Shown: positions 10,257-20,336 of the stretch, in pieces
Layout of the letters: each line of letters opens with the position of its first letter
Numbering within the stretch: position 1 is the first letter of the stretch
Virus record (IMG/VR): IMGVR_UViG_3300020048_000018
Span: 1-64,000 of that record
Origin: a virus
Strand: one strand, 5' to 3'
DNA: 64,000 nucleotides
Position numbers and translations under genes: made by a program
The notes under the pieces: generated by a model
What the model saw: the letters and a program-made list of their open reading frames with translations, nothing else
The model's database searches: none
What the model was told of the DNA's origin: nothing

Positions 10257-10742
10257 ATGGGTTCGTGGAAAGTAAATGATATAAAAGCAAGACTTCACCG
10301 ATTAGTCATTCTTCTTCCAGAAGAAATGAATAAGTATATTGACGAGATTGATGACATAAGTGAATTTAATAAACCTATCTACACTCCTATGACAAGTAAT
10401 GGAATAGTAAAAGGTAGTTATGATTCAATTGAGTTTGATTCTAAATGGGAAGCGGCTTTCTATATCTATTTCAAGGAAATCAAAGGATGTGTTGTAATTC
10501 GTAACACAGAGGATTTTTTATTTTATTTAGCTCCTGATGGGAAAGAACGAAAGTTCTATTATGACTTCACTGTAAATGGAGCTAAATTTGAAGTGAAGGG
10601 CAGGTTTCGTGAGTCAGATATAGAAAAGATGCAACAGTGTAGAGATGTAACTTTTTATTCTGCGGAGGAAATGAAGCCCATTTTTAAGGAAGTTATAAAA
10701 TTTAAGCCAAACTGGAAGTCTGAATACTTAGCAAAAATATAA
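10257..10742 (+). CDS. PD-(D/E)xK nuclease (T7 endonuclease I / gp4 head-completion-like)
   Basis: FDSKWEAAF...KFYYDFTVNGAKFEVKGRF motif. Confidence 0.65.
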   Translation: MGSWKVNDIKARLHRLVILLPEEMNKYIDEIDDISEFNKPIYTPMTSNGIVKGSYDSIEFDSKWEAAFYIYFKEIKGCVVIRNTEDFLFYLAPDGKERKFYYDFTVNGAKFEVKGRFRESDIEKMQQCRDVTFYSAEEMKPIFKEVIKFKPNWKSEYLAKI

Positions 10743-10761
10743 ACTTGTTAATATATAATGT

Positions 10762-11052
10762 ATGAATACATTGAAAGTTGTTGAAGTTCTTAATTATTAT
10801 GACTGTCCTTTGACGTTCACTGCTACAGATAAAAATAACAAATTATATCTCTGTGATTGGTTAGATGAAAACAGTACAAGCATTACTTACCGATGCACTC
10901 AAATAGAACCAGAGTTCCTAATAAAAGAAAACAACGATCTCAGCGGTGAAGTTAAAGAATTCCTATTTGAGAATTCTGAGTATATCTTCACCATAAATAC
11001 AAGAGTATTGGATACAAACAAAGAATTTATTATTGGAGGTGAACGTGAATAA
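10762..11052 (+). CDS. Hypothetical protein
   Basis: ORF track; follows a TTGTTAATATAT motif. Confidence 0.65.
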   Translation: MNTLKVVEVLNYYDCPLTFTATDKNNKLYLCDWLDENSTSITYRCTQIEPEFLIKENNDLSGEVKEFLFENSEYIFTINTRVLDTNKEFIIGGERE

Positions 11053-11079
11053 AAGTGTGTCTCCAAAAGGAGAAAATAA

Positions 11080-11862
11080 ATGAAAGAAAACTTGACAGAA
11101 CTCATAGTAGTTATGGATATGTCTGGAAGTATGGATGGGGTTAAGACCGATGCAATCGGTGGATTTAATTCATTCTTAGAATCTCAAAAAGCCTTAGAAG
11201 GTGAAGCCAACATGACTGTGGTTCTATTCAACTCGGTTGAGAAAGTTTACGTGGACAATAAACCCGTAAAGTCTGTTACACCTCTAAGTGAAAAAACATT
11301 CATCCCTGCTGGAATGACTGCAATGTATGATGCAGTAGGTGGTGCTATTGAGAGAGTAGGAACAAGACTATCTAACATGAATGAAGCTGATAGACCAAGT
11401 AAGGTTGTTGTTGCAATTCTTACAGATGGCGCAGAAAACTCTTCTACTAAGTTCACTCAGAACAAAGTATTTGAGATGATTGCAACTCAACGTGACACGT
11501 ATAGTTGGGAATTTATTTTCCTCGCCGCAGGACAAGAAGCTTTTGATGCAGGTAGAGGATTAGGTATGAGTCAGTCAAAGATGGCAATATTCTCAAACAC
11601 TTCTCAGGGAAACTCTGCCGCTTATGATTCTATGTGTATGTACACCTCCTCACTAAGGTCTTGTTCTTCTGATGATTTTGAAATGGTAAAATCCTCAAGT
11701 AACCTTCAATCATTTGTAGATTCTGCACTAACACAAAAACTTGGAACAGTATCAAGTGGAGTAATTCTTGATCCTAATGGAGCATCTATTATACCTACAA
11801 TTACTGCAAAGAAAAATAAGAAAAAAACAGGTGTAGTCTTTCACAAAGACTCAACTAATTAA
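11080..11862 (+). CDS. von Willebrand factor A domain protein (cytoplasmic, TerY-like)
   Basis: MIDAS motif DMSGSM, T-x-MYDA, ILTDGAEN. Confidence 0.9.
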   Translation: MKENLTELIVVMDMSGSMDGVKTDAIGGFNSFLESQKALEGEANMTVVLFNSVEKVYVDNKPVKSVTPLSEKTFIPAGMTAMYDAVGGAIERVGTRLSNMNEADRPSKVVVAILTDGAENSSTKFTQNKVFEMIATQRDTYSWEFIFLAAGQEAFDAGRGLGMSQSKMAIFSNTSQGNSAAYDSMCMYTSSLRSCSSDDFEMVKSSSNLQSFVDSALTQKLGTVSSGVILDPNGASIIPTITAKKNKKKTGVVFHKDSTN

Positions 11863-11943
11863 ATACTGCCGTTGTGCAGTTTAATAATAGTGACATAGTT
11901 CACAAAAAGAAAAGAGAGCCAAAGTGCTCAAAAGGAAATGTTT

Positions 11944-13308
11944 ATGGCAAAGTTTGACATGGTTGAAGATGAGGAATTCGTAGCTTTTACGAAAAACGTA
12001 AAAGAAGAAGAAGCTGAGAAAGAAGCTCGTAAAGCGAATGGTGGGAGTAATTATACTCCTGAAGATATTAAATGGGTAGGACTTGAACAAGAAAAGATGG
12101 CAATCGTTCGTCTTCTTGGAAAACCTCCCAGAGTATCCTCAGTATCTGGTATCTATGACATGCATGAAATCTTTACATCGGAAATCAAAGATGACGATGG
12201 CAAAGTAATGAAACTCAATCTCCCTATTCGTGAAGATACTCAAGAACAAGACCACTTTATGTGGCGTATGATCGACAGTGTTATGAAGGTAGCTTGGGTA
12301 AAAGACCCTGCTTCAAAAGAAGGAAAGAGTAAAAAAGTTTATGAAAACGAATTCAAGTTTCCAGAAATTTTTAACAAAGTTTCCAAAGGTGGATTTGACC
12401 CTGAAAAAGATAAGAATAAATATACTTATTCTAAGGGTATGATGGGTCAGAAAGTTCTTGTTGCAAATGCAATTGTTCGTTCAATGAATGCTTGGCACAA
12501 GGAACATAAGCACTCAGTACTTCTTTCAAAGAATGTAACCCTGAGTGATGATGGAACCAGAGAATATGCAAACATCGGTATTGCCTCCTATGGTTTTGTT
12601 GAAGGTCTTAGTGCCGTATCAACAAAGTATGGCTCACTTGAGAAGTATGATCTTGGTATTACTCGTACTGGACAAATGAATAATCCCTATAAGATTATCA
12701 ATGCTTCTCGAATGGTTGAAGCTGGGCTTACCGAGGAATTGGATAAGGATGCAATTGGTTTGGTAACAAGTGGCTCCCTTACTGAGGAAGAACTTAATTA
12801 CGACCGCTATGAAATTGGAAGACTTTTCAAACCAACCTCATACAGCAAACTTAAGAAACGACTTGGGAAGACCATTAAAATGGTTGACTCCGCACTCAAA
12901 ACAGTTTATTACGATGAACTTTGCAAGCTTTCAGAAATTGAAACTGCTGAGAATGTTGCAACAAAAGAAGCATCGAAAGAAGAAACTCCAGATAAGTTGA
13001 GTGAATCCGCACCTGCACCAGCCTCGGCTCCTGCACCCAAAGCTGAAACACCTGTACGTGCCAGAGCACCTTCTGTAAAAGCAGAAAGCACTGGTGCTAA
13101 GTTTGACACAACCGCTCTTAAAGGTTGGGAAATTCTTACTCCTGAACAGAAAGCAAAGATTCTTGATATTGAACTTGATGGTACGAAAGTAACCGCAATT
13201 CTTTATGACAATTCCGATGAAAGTGATTGGGAAGTTGCTTGCCCTGAATGTGGACTTGGTTCTCCTCAGTCTTTCTCTTCCTGTCCTAGCTGTGGTAAAG
13301 TGTTTTAA
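11944..13308 (+). CDS. Single-stranded DNA-binding protein (gp32-like) with C-terminal Zn ribbon
   Basis: Lies immediately upstream of loader and helicase; IVRLLG.PP N-terminal pattern; Ala/Pro linker; CPEC...CPSC terminus. Function is inferred from context. Confidence 0.55.
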   Translation: MAKFDMVEDEEFVAFTKNVKEEEAEKEARKANGGSNYTPEDIKWVGLEQEKMAIVRLLGKPPRVSSVSGIYDMHEIFTSEIKDDDGKVMKLNLPIREDTQEQDHFMWRMIDSVMKVAWVKDPASKEGKSKKVYENEFKFPEIFNKVSKGGFDPEKDKNKYTYSKGMMGQKVLVANAIVRSMNAWHKEHKHSVLLSKNVTLSDDGTREYANIGIASYGFVEGLSAVSTKYGSLEKYDLGITRTGQMNNPYKIINASRMVEAGLTEELDKDAIGLVTSGSLTEEELNYDRYEIGRLFKPTSYSKLKKRLGKTIKMVDSALKTVYYDELCKLSEIETAENVATKEASKEETPDKLSESAPAPASAPAPKAETPVRARAPSVKAESTGAKFDTTALKGWEILTPEQKAKILDIELDGTKVTAILYDNSDESDWEVACPECGLGSPQSFSSCPSCGKVF

Positions 13309-13319
13309 TTGACTTTACA

Positions 13320-13355
13320 AAAGCCCTAAGGATTAATAATCTTTAGGGCTTTTTT
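13320..13355 (+). terminator. Intrinsic terminator
   Basis: aaagccctaagga-ttaataa-tctttagggct-tttttt. Confidence 0.8.
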
Positions 13356-13380
13356 GTTAATATATCTTTAGGAGGTTATT

Positions 13381-14196
13381 TTGAAACATGAATTAATTTT
13401 TACGCCCTGTAGAAAGTGTATGGGAAAACCTCATCCTTTCATTAAAGGCTTTTGGGTAACACCTAAAGGTTATTATGATATCTATAATAGTTCAGGTCAA
13501 AGACTTTTAGTCGAATGCGAATGTCATAAAAAATTTATGAAAGATGTACGCAACTTCGATGTATATGAAAAAGCAAATATACCTTTTACATTTAAAAACT
13601 TTAATATTGACAAAGAATATAAAGGGAAGGATGTAAACAATAATATAAAAAAATTAAAAACCTATATTGATAAATTTGAAAGTTCTGAGTTTAGTTCTGC
13701 CATTCTTTATTTTTATGGTAGGTCTGGAACTCAAAAAACCTTTACAGCAAAATGGTTGGGAGCACAGATAATTAATAAAAGTAAAAAAGTTGCATATATA
13801 ACAATGCTTGACCTAATTTCTCTTTTACTTAAACCCTTCGATGATGTAAATGTTAAGAAGCCCGAGGATACTTATTCTGGTTTCTTAGATAAAGCCGACC
13901 TAGTTATTATTGATGATTCTTTTGATAAGTCAAGAGTAAGCGTTTGGAAAAGCGGTTATCAGTTACAATTCTTAGATTCCTTCTTAAGAAAAAGACTCGG
14001 TAATAAAAAAGGTCTGGTAATAATTTCAGAGTATTGCATAACTGATATAAGTTCTCAAGGTTTCTCCCCCTCTATTCAGGATTTAATTTCAAGGGAAGTA
14101 AATCTAAAAAAAACAGCTTTCGAGTTTACTGATAACTACGAAGTAAATATACTAGACCCCAAAGGATTGTTCGACGATGAAATCTACAACAATTGA
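13381..14196 (+). CDS. DnaC/IstB-like helicase loader ATPase
   Basis: N-terminal CxxC...CECH; Walker A-like GRSGTQKT; Walker B LVIIDD; overlaps dnaB. Confidence 0.7.
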   Translation: MKHELIFTPCRKCMGKPHPFIKGFWVTPKGYYDIYNSSGQRLLVECECHKKFMKDVRNFDVYEKANIPFTFKNFNIDKEYKGKDVNNNIKKLKTYIDKFESSEFSSAILYFYGRSGTQKTFTAKWLGAQIINKSKKVAYITMLDLISLLLKPFDDVNVKKPEDTYSGFLDKADLVIIDDSFDKSRVSVWKSGYQLQFLDSFLRKRLGNKKGLVIISEYCITDISSQGFSPSIQDLISREVNLKKTAFEFTDNYEVNILDPKGLFDDEIYNN

Positions 14197-15580
14197 TGCT
14201 TCAAAAGCAGTAATATATGCCGAGTATCGGCTATTAAATGCAATAATAAAAAATCCAAGTTTTCTTGAATCTGGAGAAGTATCTGACGATATCCTTATTC
14301 ATCAAACAGCTAAAAGTGTTTACGAGGCAATAACAAATCTTGTATCGGAAAATATTACTATTTCATCTCATTCCTTATTTCAAGCTTCTTCGGAAATAGA
14401 TCTTGGAATAACTATGGATACCATAGATAGTATTTTTAATTTCCCTGAGGAAAAGCTTGAAAAGATTACTGATATTACCACTACCTTAAAAGGTGCTTGT
14501 AAAAAACTTGAGATATCAAAAGAAATTGAAGAGGCTTCTGCTCAACTATTGTCAGCAAGTCCCTCGGATCTGGAAGAAGTAAAAGCGAAAATTAGAAAGG
14601 GTCTTGAAAAACTTGAGAGTTTTAATATATCAGAATCCGATGTTATGACAATGGAAGAATGGTTTGTTAAGTATCTCCCAGAGTTTAATTCAAGGAAGAG
14701 TGGTAAAAAATATCCCTTCCATGATGAGATACTTGATAAGATTATTATTAAGGGAGCGCAACCGGGGGATATTGGTCTTGTTGCTTCAAGTACTGGACAG
14801 GGAAAGTCAACCTACTGTCTAAACTTAATTAATAAATTTATCAATACCGATACCCCAAATATGTATTTCACTTTAGAAATGGGGCAAGTGGATACGATGG
14901 ATAGACTTTTATCTATAAGAACTGGAGTTCCTTTTAGAGCAATCGTTTCTCCAGTAGATGATGAGTTCGCTTCCGTACAAGAAAGGATAATGCTTGAGAG
15001 AAAGGAACTTGAATCACATACAAACTTTAGAATATGTGAAAGCCCTACACTTTCAATATCAGACCTGAAAGCCAGAATTAAAAAGTTTCAAATAGAAATA
15101 GGTCAAGAATATTGTATAATAGTTTTAGACCTTTTAACTCAGATTTCTGATTTTTGTAAAATTGGTTCCGGTACTCATAACATGGCTCAAATAATGGAAA
15201 TTGCAATTAACGTATTGCACTCTCTTGCTAAAGAATTGAAGATTCATATAATCGGAGTTGTTCAATTTGGTCGTGGTGCTGATTCTGCAAAAGTTATTGA
15301 CCTTGAGGATATCGAAAAACTTAGACCAAATAGAAATGATATTAAGAATGCTAATGCACTTACAGAACGTGCAAGATATGTATTGTCATTGTTTAGAAGA
15401 AAGTTTTATGCAGATATGTATTTGCCCGACTTAGAAGAAACAAAAAATATGGAAGATATCGTAGAATTAGGTTCATTAAAAATGAGTAATGGTGGTGTAG
15501 GTAGAAACCATCTCATCTTTCAACCTGACGTTTTCACTATGACACCCCTACAAGATAATTCGGATTCTACTGAAACCTAA
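14177..15580 (+). CDS. dnaB: Replicative DNA helicase, DnaB family
   Basis: Walker A STGQGKST, FTLEMG, IIVLDLL, LAKELKIHIIGVVQF motifs. Confidence 0.9.
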   Translation: MKSTTIDASKAVIYAEYRLLNAIIKNPSFLESGEVSDDILIHQTAKSVYEAITNLVSENITISSHSLFQASSEIDLGITMDTIDSIFNFPEEKLEKITDITTTLKGACKKLEISKEIEEASAQLLSASPSDLEEVKAKIRKGLEKLESFNISESDVMTMEEWFVKYLPEFNSRKSGKKYPFHDEILDKIIIKGAQPGDIGLVASSTGQGKSTYCLNLINKFINTDTPNMYFTLEMGQVDTMDRLLSIRTGVPFRAIVSPVDDEFASVQERIMLERKELESHTNFRICESPTLSISDLKARIKKFQIEIGQEYCIIVLDLLTQISDFCKIGSGTHNMAQIMEIAINVLHSLAKELKIHIIGVVQFGRGADSAKVIDLEDIEKLRPNRNDIKNANALTERARYVLSLFRRKFYADMYLPDLEETKNMEDIVELGSLKMSNGGVGRNHLIFQPDVFTMTPLQDNSDSTET

Positions 15581-15615
15581 TAGTTTCAACTAAAATATTA
15601 AAGGATAATGAAAAC

Positions 15616-17004
15616 TTGAAAAACATTTTTACAGACGACATGATAGAGACCCTTATTACATTCACAAGGGAAGGGAAGTCTACTTCACAGATAGTAGCTT
15701 CATTTAATAAGAAGTTTGGAACCCATTATAAAAGAAGGTCAATTACTGATAAGCTCTATGTAATGAGAAAATCAAACCACGGGAATAATGATTCAGTTAA
15801 TACTGAATCTCAACAGGGTCTTATGCCTGTTGTTATGGATGAACTCTCCGATGAGGATATTAAGAAACTTGCAAATGGCGAACAGAAAGAAGTACAAACT
15901 ACTTTTGATGTTAGAGAAGATTCTTTAGTTCACCACGTAATTAGAAAACCCTTAACTCCTGCACAGAAAGTTTCAAAGGATACCGTTCTAACTGCATTGG
16001 GTTTCGACCCTAATAATACAGAACTTAAACAATTCCGTGAATCATTTTGGCAGTCCTATACAAAATCTCAAGGTATAATTAATCTTAGTTCTATAAAATA
16101 TTCAGTAAATATGAATAAGGGTTTTTCCTATACAATGGATGAACTTACCAATTTTATTCAGAATATTAAATCTAATACTAAGGCTTTTAAAAGCATTGAT
16201 ATTAATTGTAAATCACAAAAAAAAGGTAACATGCTTTTGATTCCTGTAGCAGACCTTCATTATGGACTCTACTCCACAAGGTCAGCAACATCAGGCGATT
16301 ATAACATGGAGATTGCAGAAGAAAGATTCTTTAAAGTCATTAACGAATCTGTATCTAATGCAAAAAAATTAGCAGGAATAAATAAAATAGTATTAGTTCT
16401 GGGAAATGATTTCTTCAATGCAGATACTCTTAGCGGCACTACGGTTAAGGGCACACCACAAGACCAAGAAAACGGTGGACTTAAAGATATTTATCATCGT
16501 GGTGTAAACATGGTTATTAAGGGAATAGAGATGCTTGCAAAAGAAGCACCGGTAACTGTAATGTCCGTTCTCTCAAATCATGATGAATTTAGTGCTTGGG
16601 CAATGATGGTTACTTTGGATAAAGTTTATACCGATAAAGACTTTGGGAAAAATAAATCGGTTGAAGTTATTTATGGTGAAACACCTAGAACTTATCTTAC
16701 GTATGGTAATAGTCTTCTTGGTTTCACACATCATGCAAACTTGAAAGACGTACTACCTATTGTATCTACTGAACAGTCTAAGCAATGGGGTGTTGCTAAA
16801 CATAAGTTTTTCTTTATGGCACACTATCATCATGAATTAGATGTGGAGGACAAATTCGGACTTGTTATCCACCGACTACCTACAATAAGTGGAAAAAGTA
16901 AATGGGCTAATGGAATGGGTTATATTGGAAGTGAAGAAAAAAACAAGTCTTATCTTTTTTCAGAAGACGATGGAATGATTGCTTCTTTCTATGTGCATTC
17001 CTAA
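15616..17004 (+). CDS. Calcineurin-like metallophosphoesterase with N-terminal HTH
   Basis: ADLHYG, GNDFFN, SNHD, GFTHH, AHYHH motifs. Confidence 0.8.
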   Translation: MKNIFTDDMIETLITFTREGKSTSQIVASFNKKFGTHYKRRSITDKLYVMRKSNHGNNDSVNTESQQGLMPVVMDELSDEDIKKLANGEQKEVQTTFDVREDSLVHHVIRKPLTPAQKVSKDTVLTALGFDPNNTELKQFRESFWQSYTKSQGIINLSSIKYSVNMNKGFSYTMDELTNFIQNIKSNTKAFKSIDINCKSQKKGNMLLIPVADLHYGLYSTRSATSGDYNMEIAEERFFKVINESVSNAKKLAGINKIVLVLGNDFFNADTLSGTTVKGTPQDQENGGLKDIYHRGVNMVIKGIEMLAKEAPVTVMSVLSNHDEFSAWAMMVTLDKVYTDKDFGKNKSVEVIYGETPRTYLTYGNSLLGFTHHANLKDVLPIVSTEQSKQWGVAKHKFFFMAHYHHELDVEDKFGLVIHRLPTISGKSKWANGMGYIGSEEKNKSYLFSEDDGMIASFYVHS

Positions 17005-17030
17005 CTATCTAGTAATTAGAAATAATACTC

Positions 17031-17058
17031 GGGGGAATCATTAAACTGGTTCCCCTTT
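17031..17058 (+). terminator. Intrinsic terminator-like hairpin
   Basis: ggggaatca-ttaaac-tggttcccc-ttt. Confidence 0.55.
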
Positions 17059-17076
17059 CTATTAAAGGTCATTAAA

Positions 17077-17985
17077 ATTAAAAAAATAACAACCAGTGAA
17101 TTCATAGAGAAAGCCAAATTAGTTCATGGGGATAAATATGATTATTCTCAAGTTCACTATTCACACTCACTATCAAAAGTTAGTATTATTTGTCCAACAC
17201 ATGGGGTTTTCTCACAAGTTGCGTCCAATCATCTACAAGGTCAAGGTTGTAGATACTGTTACCAAGATAAGAATGTTGACTCCAAAGAAGATTTTCTATC
17301 AAAGGCAAAATTAGCTCATGGTGATAAATACGAGTATTCTTTAGTGAATTATGGTAATTCAAAATCAAAAGTTGAGATTATATGTAGCCAACATGGAAGT
17401 TTTTTTCAAATACCTAATAGTCATTTATTTGGTAAAGGTTGTCCAAAATGTGCAATAGAAAGTAGAGTTGAACAAAGAATATTTTCAAGAAATATTTTTA
17501 TAGAAAGAGCAAGTTTAAAACATGGTGACAAATATGATTATTCTCTTGTAGATTACAATGGGTCATCCTCCAAGGTTATTATTATCTGTATTAAACATGG
17601 AAGTTTTTCACAACAAGCAAAAAGTCACCTAAGTGGTAGGGGTTGTCCTAAATGTAAGTCCTCTCAGGGAGAAAAAGATATTAGAGATATTTTGGTATCT
17701 AAAAACTTAAAGTTTTTTGAGCAATATAGATTCAAAGACTGTAGAAACAGAAGACCTCTCCCTTTTGATTTTGCAATATTTAAAAACGAGGTGTTGACCT
17801 ACTTAATTGAATTTGATGGTAGACTACATTTCGACTCTGTAGACTATTTTGGAGGGGTTGATGCCCTTAATAAAACCAAAGAAAGGGATGAAATAAAAAC
17901 AAAGTATTGTTTAGATAACAATATTAAATTAATAAGAATAAAATATGATGAAGATATTAAATCCGTTTTAGACAAAATTTGTTAA
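17077..17985 (+). CDS. Free-standing EDxHD/Vsr-like (DUF559-type) homing endonuclease with three Zn-binding repeats; probable ATT start
   Basis: Frame is open from 17026 with no ATG/GTG/TTG until 17344. ATT at 17077 lies 8 nt after AAAGG and gives (M)KKITTSEFIEKAKLVHGDKYDYS. Three HGDKYxYS...C..HG.F.Q....HL.G.GC..C repeats; C-terminal FDF...IEFDGRLH. Confidence 0.8.
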   Translation: MKKITTSEFIEKAKLVHGDKYDYSQVHYSHSLSKVSIICPTHGVFSQVASNHLQGQGCRYCYQDKNVDSKEDFLSKAKLAHGDKYEYSLVNYGNSKSKVEIICSQHGSFFQIPNSHLFGKGCPKCAIESRVEQRIFSRNIFIERASLKHGDKYDYSLVDYNGSSSKVIIICIKHGSFSQQAKSHLSGRGCPKCKSSQGEKDIRDILVSKNLKFFEQYRFKDCRNRRPLPFDFAIFKNEVLTYLIEFDGRLHFDSVDYFGGVDALNKTKERDEIKTKYCLDNNIKLIRIKYDEDIKSVLDKIC

Positions 17986-18005
17986 TATATTATATGGAGA
18001 TTATT

Positions 18006-18683
18006 ATGGAACCACAAACATTACCTACGAGAACCTTACCTACGAGAACACCCAAGATAGAAACATCACCTGTTGCTTCACCTGTTGAGGTTGCAAGTAT
18101 ACCAAAAACAAAGTTTGAACTTGCTGAGGATGAACCAATCATTATTGATGTATCTCAGGAAGTATTCGAAAAAAAAGGTCAAGACCTTATTTCTTTTGTT
18201 GAAAAACAAATTTGCAAAATGAATGAATCTTTACTTTTTGATGGATCTCGACAACCCTCATTCTTTGAGCTTAATAGAGCACTATGTTCATTTGAACAAG
18301 TTTTATTATCTCTTATTGTGTTATATGAAGATCAAAGGTTTTTAGCTAAACAAGCCAAAGAGCTTTTTGATATTTGGTTTGCAGAAAAGTCAATTACAAT
18401 TAGGGACAGGGAAAATCTTAAAGACCTTGCGGCAACAAAATGGCTTTCCTCGAATGAAGTTGAAAGAAAAGTAATTGTAGAAAATAAAAAGGAATATTCT
18501 GGACATCGTGCTTCTATTATATTAGAAGAGTCTAAAGAAAGCACCCTACGCAGACTTATTGATGGATGGAACTCTTACCAGTTCATACTCTCTAATTTAA
18601 GTAAAAACGCACAAGCTGAGTTAGGGGCATCTATGCGAGGAGTTGATTCTGATGAAACAACATCTCTATCATCCTACAACTAA
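18006..18683 (+). CDS. Hypothetical helical protein (possibly UvsY-like recombination mediator)
   Basis: RBS GGAG before ATG 18006; long coiled-coil character; the UvsY resemblance is weak. Confidence 0.4.
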   Translation: MEPQTLPTRTLPTRTPKIETSPVASPVEVASIPKTKFELAEDEPIIIDVSQEVFEKKGQDLISFVEKQICKMNESLLFDGSRQPSFFELNRALCSFEQVLLSLIVLYEDQRFLAKQAKELFDIWFAEKSITIRDRENLKDLAATKWLSSNEVERKVIVENKKEYSGHRASIILEESKESTLRRLIDGWNSYQFILSNLSKNAQAELGASMRGVDSDETTSLSSYN

Positions 18684-18703
18684 CTTATAAAGAGGATAAT
18701 ACA

Positions 18704-19780
18704 ATGGATACAAAAGATGTAGTTATTAAGGGTTTGATAAAAGAAATATTTGAGAAGTTAATTGATAAACCTATTTTAGGAAATGATTTCTTTTGTGAAC
18801 TTGACCTTAATGAAAATTTTGAGGCAGTAAGTGCAGAAGCTTTGATACGTACAAGCAATGAAAAGGTTTCTTGGGAAAAAGATACTACTCAGTTTGGAGC
18901 TATGGAACCTAATTCTAGAGAAATCTCAAAGGACTCAGGGGTTTATACTCACATTGCACTTGACATAGATTCTGGAATAGATTTTTACTACTTTGCATCT
19001 CCCTCTGAAAATGATTCAGAAGATAAAATTCAGAAATGCAAAGAATACTTCCTAGATGAAGGTTATGATGCTTCAATCCTAATGACCAATGACCTTGAAA
19101 AAACGTTAAGATATATTCTTGACCATGTTGAAATTGTAAAAAATAGATTAGGGGATGCACCTAACTATACTTTTTCAGACCTTGAAGAAGCTGGGTTAAT
19201 TGATGATGAGTTTTACTCAGATACCAGAGTGGATCATTTAGATGAAAGTAGCTTTGACAGTAGATTTAGTAATAGTAATACTCTTCTTGTAAACATTGTA
19301 AATGATATTTACAGCCAAATAGACGATTTGATGCCTAATTATACACCTGAAGACTTTATAGAGGATTGGAATAAGTCTAGAAATCTTCCAGACGAATTGC
19401 TCTCAAAATATGTTATAAAAAATAAGGATATAGTTTCTGTTGATTTTGTTATAGAACATTCTTTTGAAATTACAAATATGTTGGAAGAAAAGTTTGAAAA
19501 TGTAGAACCTCTTCAAGAAAAAACAACTGTAGCTAAAAGAGAATACTCAGTAGAAACTATTGCAAAAAGTATTCATTCTCATGCTTCCTCAATAATGCCA
19601 AATTATTCTGCAAATGATTTCATAGAAGATACTGGTGATGAAGATAATTTAGAAGAACTTATGGATGAATACTATCAGAGTAAGATGTCTACAGATATTG
19701 ATGAATGTGATTTTATAGAAAAAAACTTCATAAGTATATATAATGCAGTTGAATCATTGTTTGAAGAAGATACAGAGTAA
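18704..19780 (+). CDS. Acidic hypothetical protein (possible internal virion protein)
   Basis: 358 aa, very Asp/Glu-rich, internal ~90-aa pseudo-repeat (MPNYxxxDFIED). Confidence 0.7.
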   Translation: MDTKDVVIKGLIKEIFEKLIDKPILGNDFFCELDLNENFEAVSAEALIRTSNEKVSWEKDTTQFGAMEPNSREISKDSGVYTHIALDIDSGIDFYYFASPSENDSEDKIQKCKEYFLDEGYDASILMTNDLEKTLRYILDHVEIVKNRLGDAPNYTFSDLEEAGLIDDEFYSDTRVDHLDESSFDSRFSNSNTLLVNIVNDIYSQIDDLMPNYTPEDFIEDWNKSRNLPDELLSKYVIKNKDIVSVDFVIEHSFEITNMLEEKFENVEPLQEKTTVAKREYSVETIAKSIHSHASSIMPNYSANDFIEDTGDEDNLEELMDEYYQSKMSTDIDECDFIEKNFISIYNAVESLFEEDTE

Positions 19781-20335
19781 ATGCAATATAGAGATTTTCA
19801 AGCCCGGCTCGGGGTTATACATGACCCTATGAGAAGAAAACTACTCGATAACACCATTGGACTTATTGGGACGCCTACAGATTGTATCAGAATTACAGTG
19901 AAGAAAAATGATGAAGGGGATAAACTTTCATCCAAGGTTGAAAAAGCAGATATTGTAAATATAGTTTTTCCACCCATGATTGATGTCCCTTACCGTTATA
20001 TAAAAAAAACAAATGCAGTAGGTGACAGGGATGCGTATCAAATAACATCTCTTGTAGCGGCTACTACAGATGAAGAACAAAAAAGTTATGAGGTATCCGC
20101 ACCTCACGGAGTTTCTTTGGATGTTGGAGATTTAATCTGTAGAGTTTTTATGGACAATGAGCAAACTATTCCGATAGTACTCGTACTTGAAATAACTGAA
20201 ATGCTTGGAACCTTTGGTAGTTCAGCAATTATTTCCCATAAATATAAATCAGTAATTCCTATTGATAAATTACCGGAAGCTGTTTCAGGGGTCATTGCAG
20301 AAATGGCTCAACGCCGATTAAATATAAGGTTTTAA
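19781..20335 (+). CDS. Hypothetical protein (possible neck/head-tail protein)
   Basis: ORF track; beta-rich; the function is a guess. Confidence 0.5.
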   Translation: MQYRDFQARLGVIHDPMRRKLLDNTIGLIGTPTDCIRITVKKNDEGDKLSSKVEKADIVNIVFPPMIDVPYRYIKKTNAVGDRDAYQITSLVAATTDEEQKSYEVSAPHGVSLDVGDLICRVFMDNEQTIPIVLVLEITEMLGTFGSSAIISHKYKSVIPIDKLPEAVSGVIAEMAQRRLNIRF

Positions 20336-20336
20336 T

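Noticed and set aside
17126-17368. Frameshift or pseudogene at the Zn-repeat endonuclease
   Set aside because: The upstream repeat is in the same frame as the 17344 ORF. ORFs 17126-17314 and 17186-17368 are off-frame artefacts.
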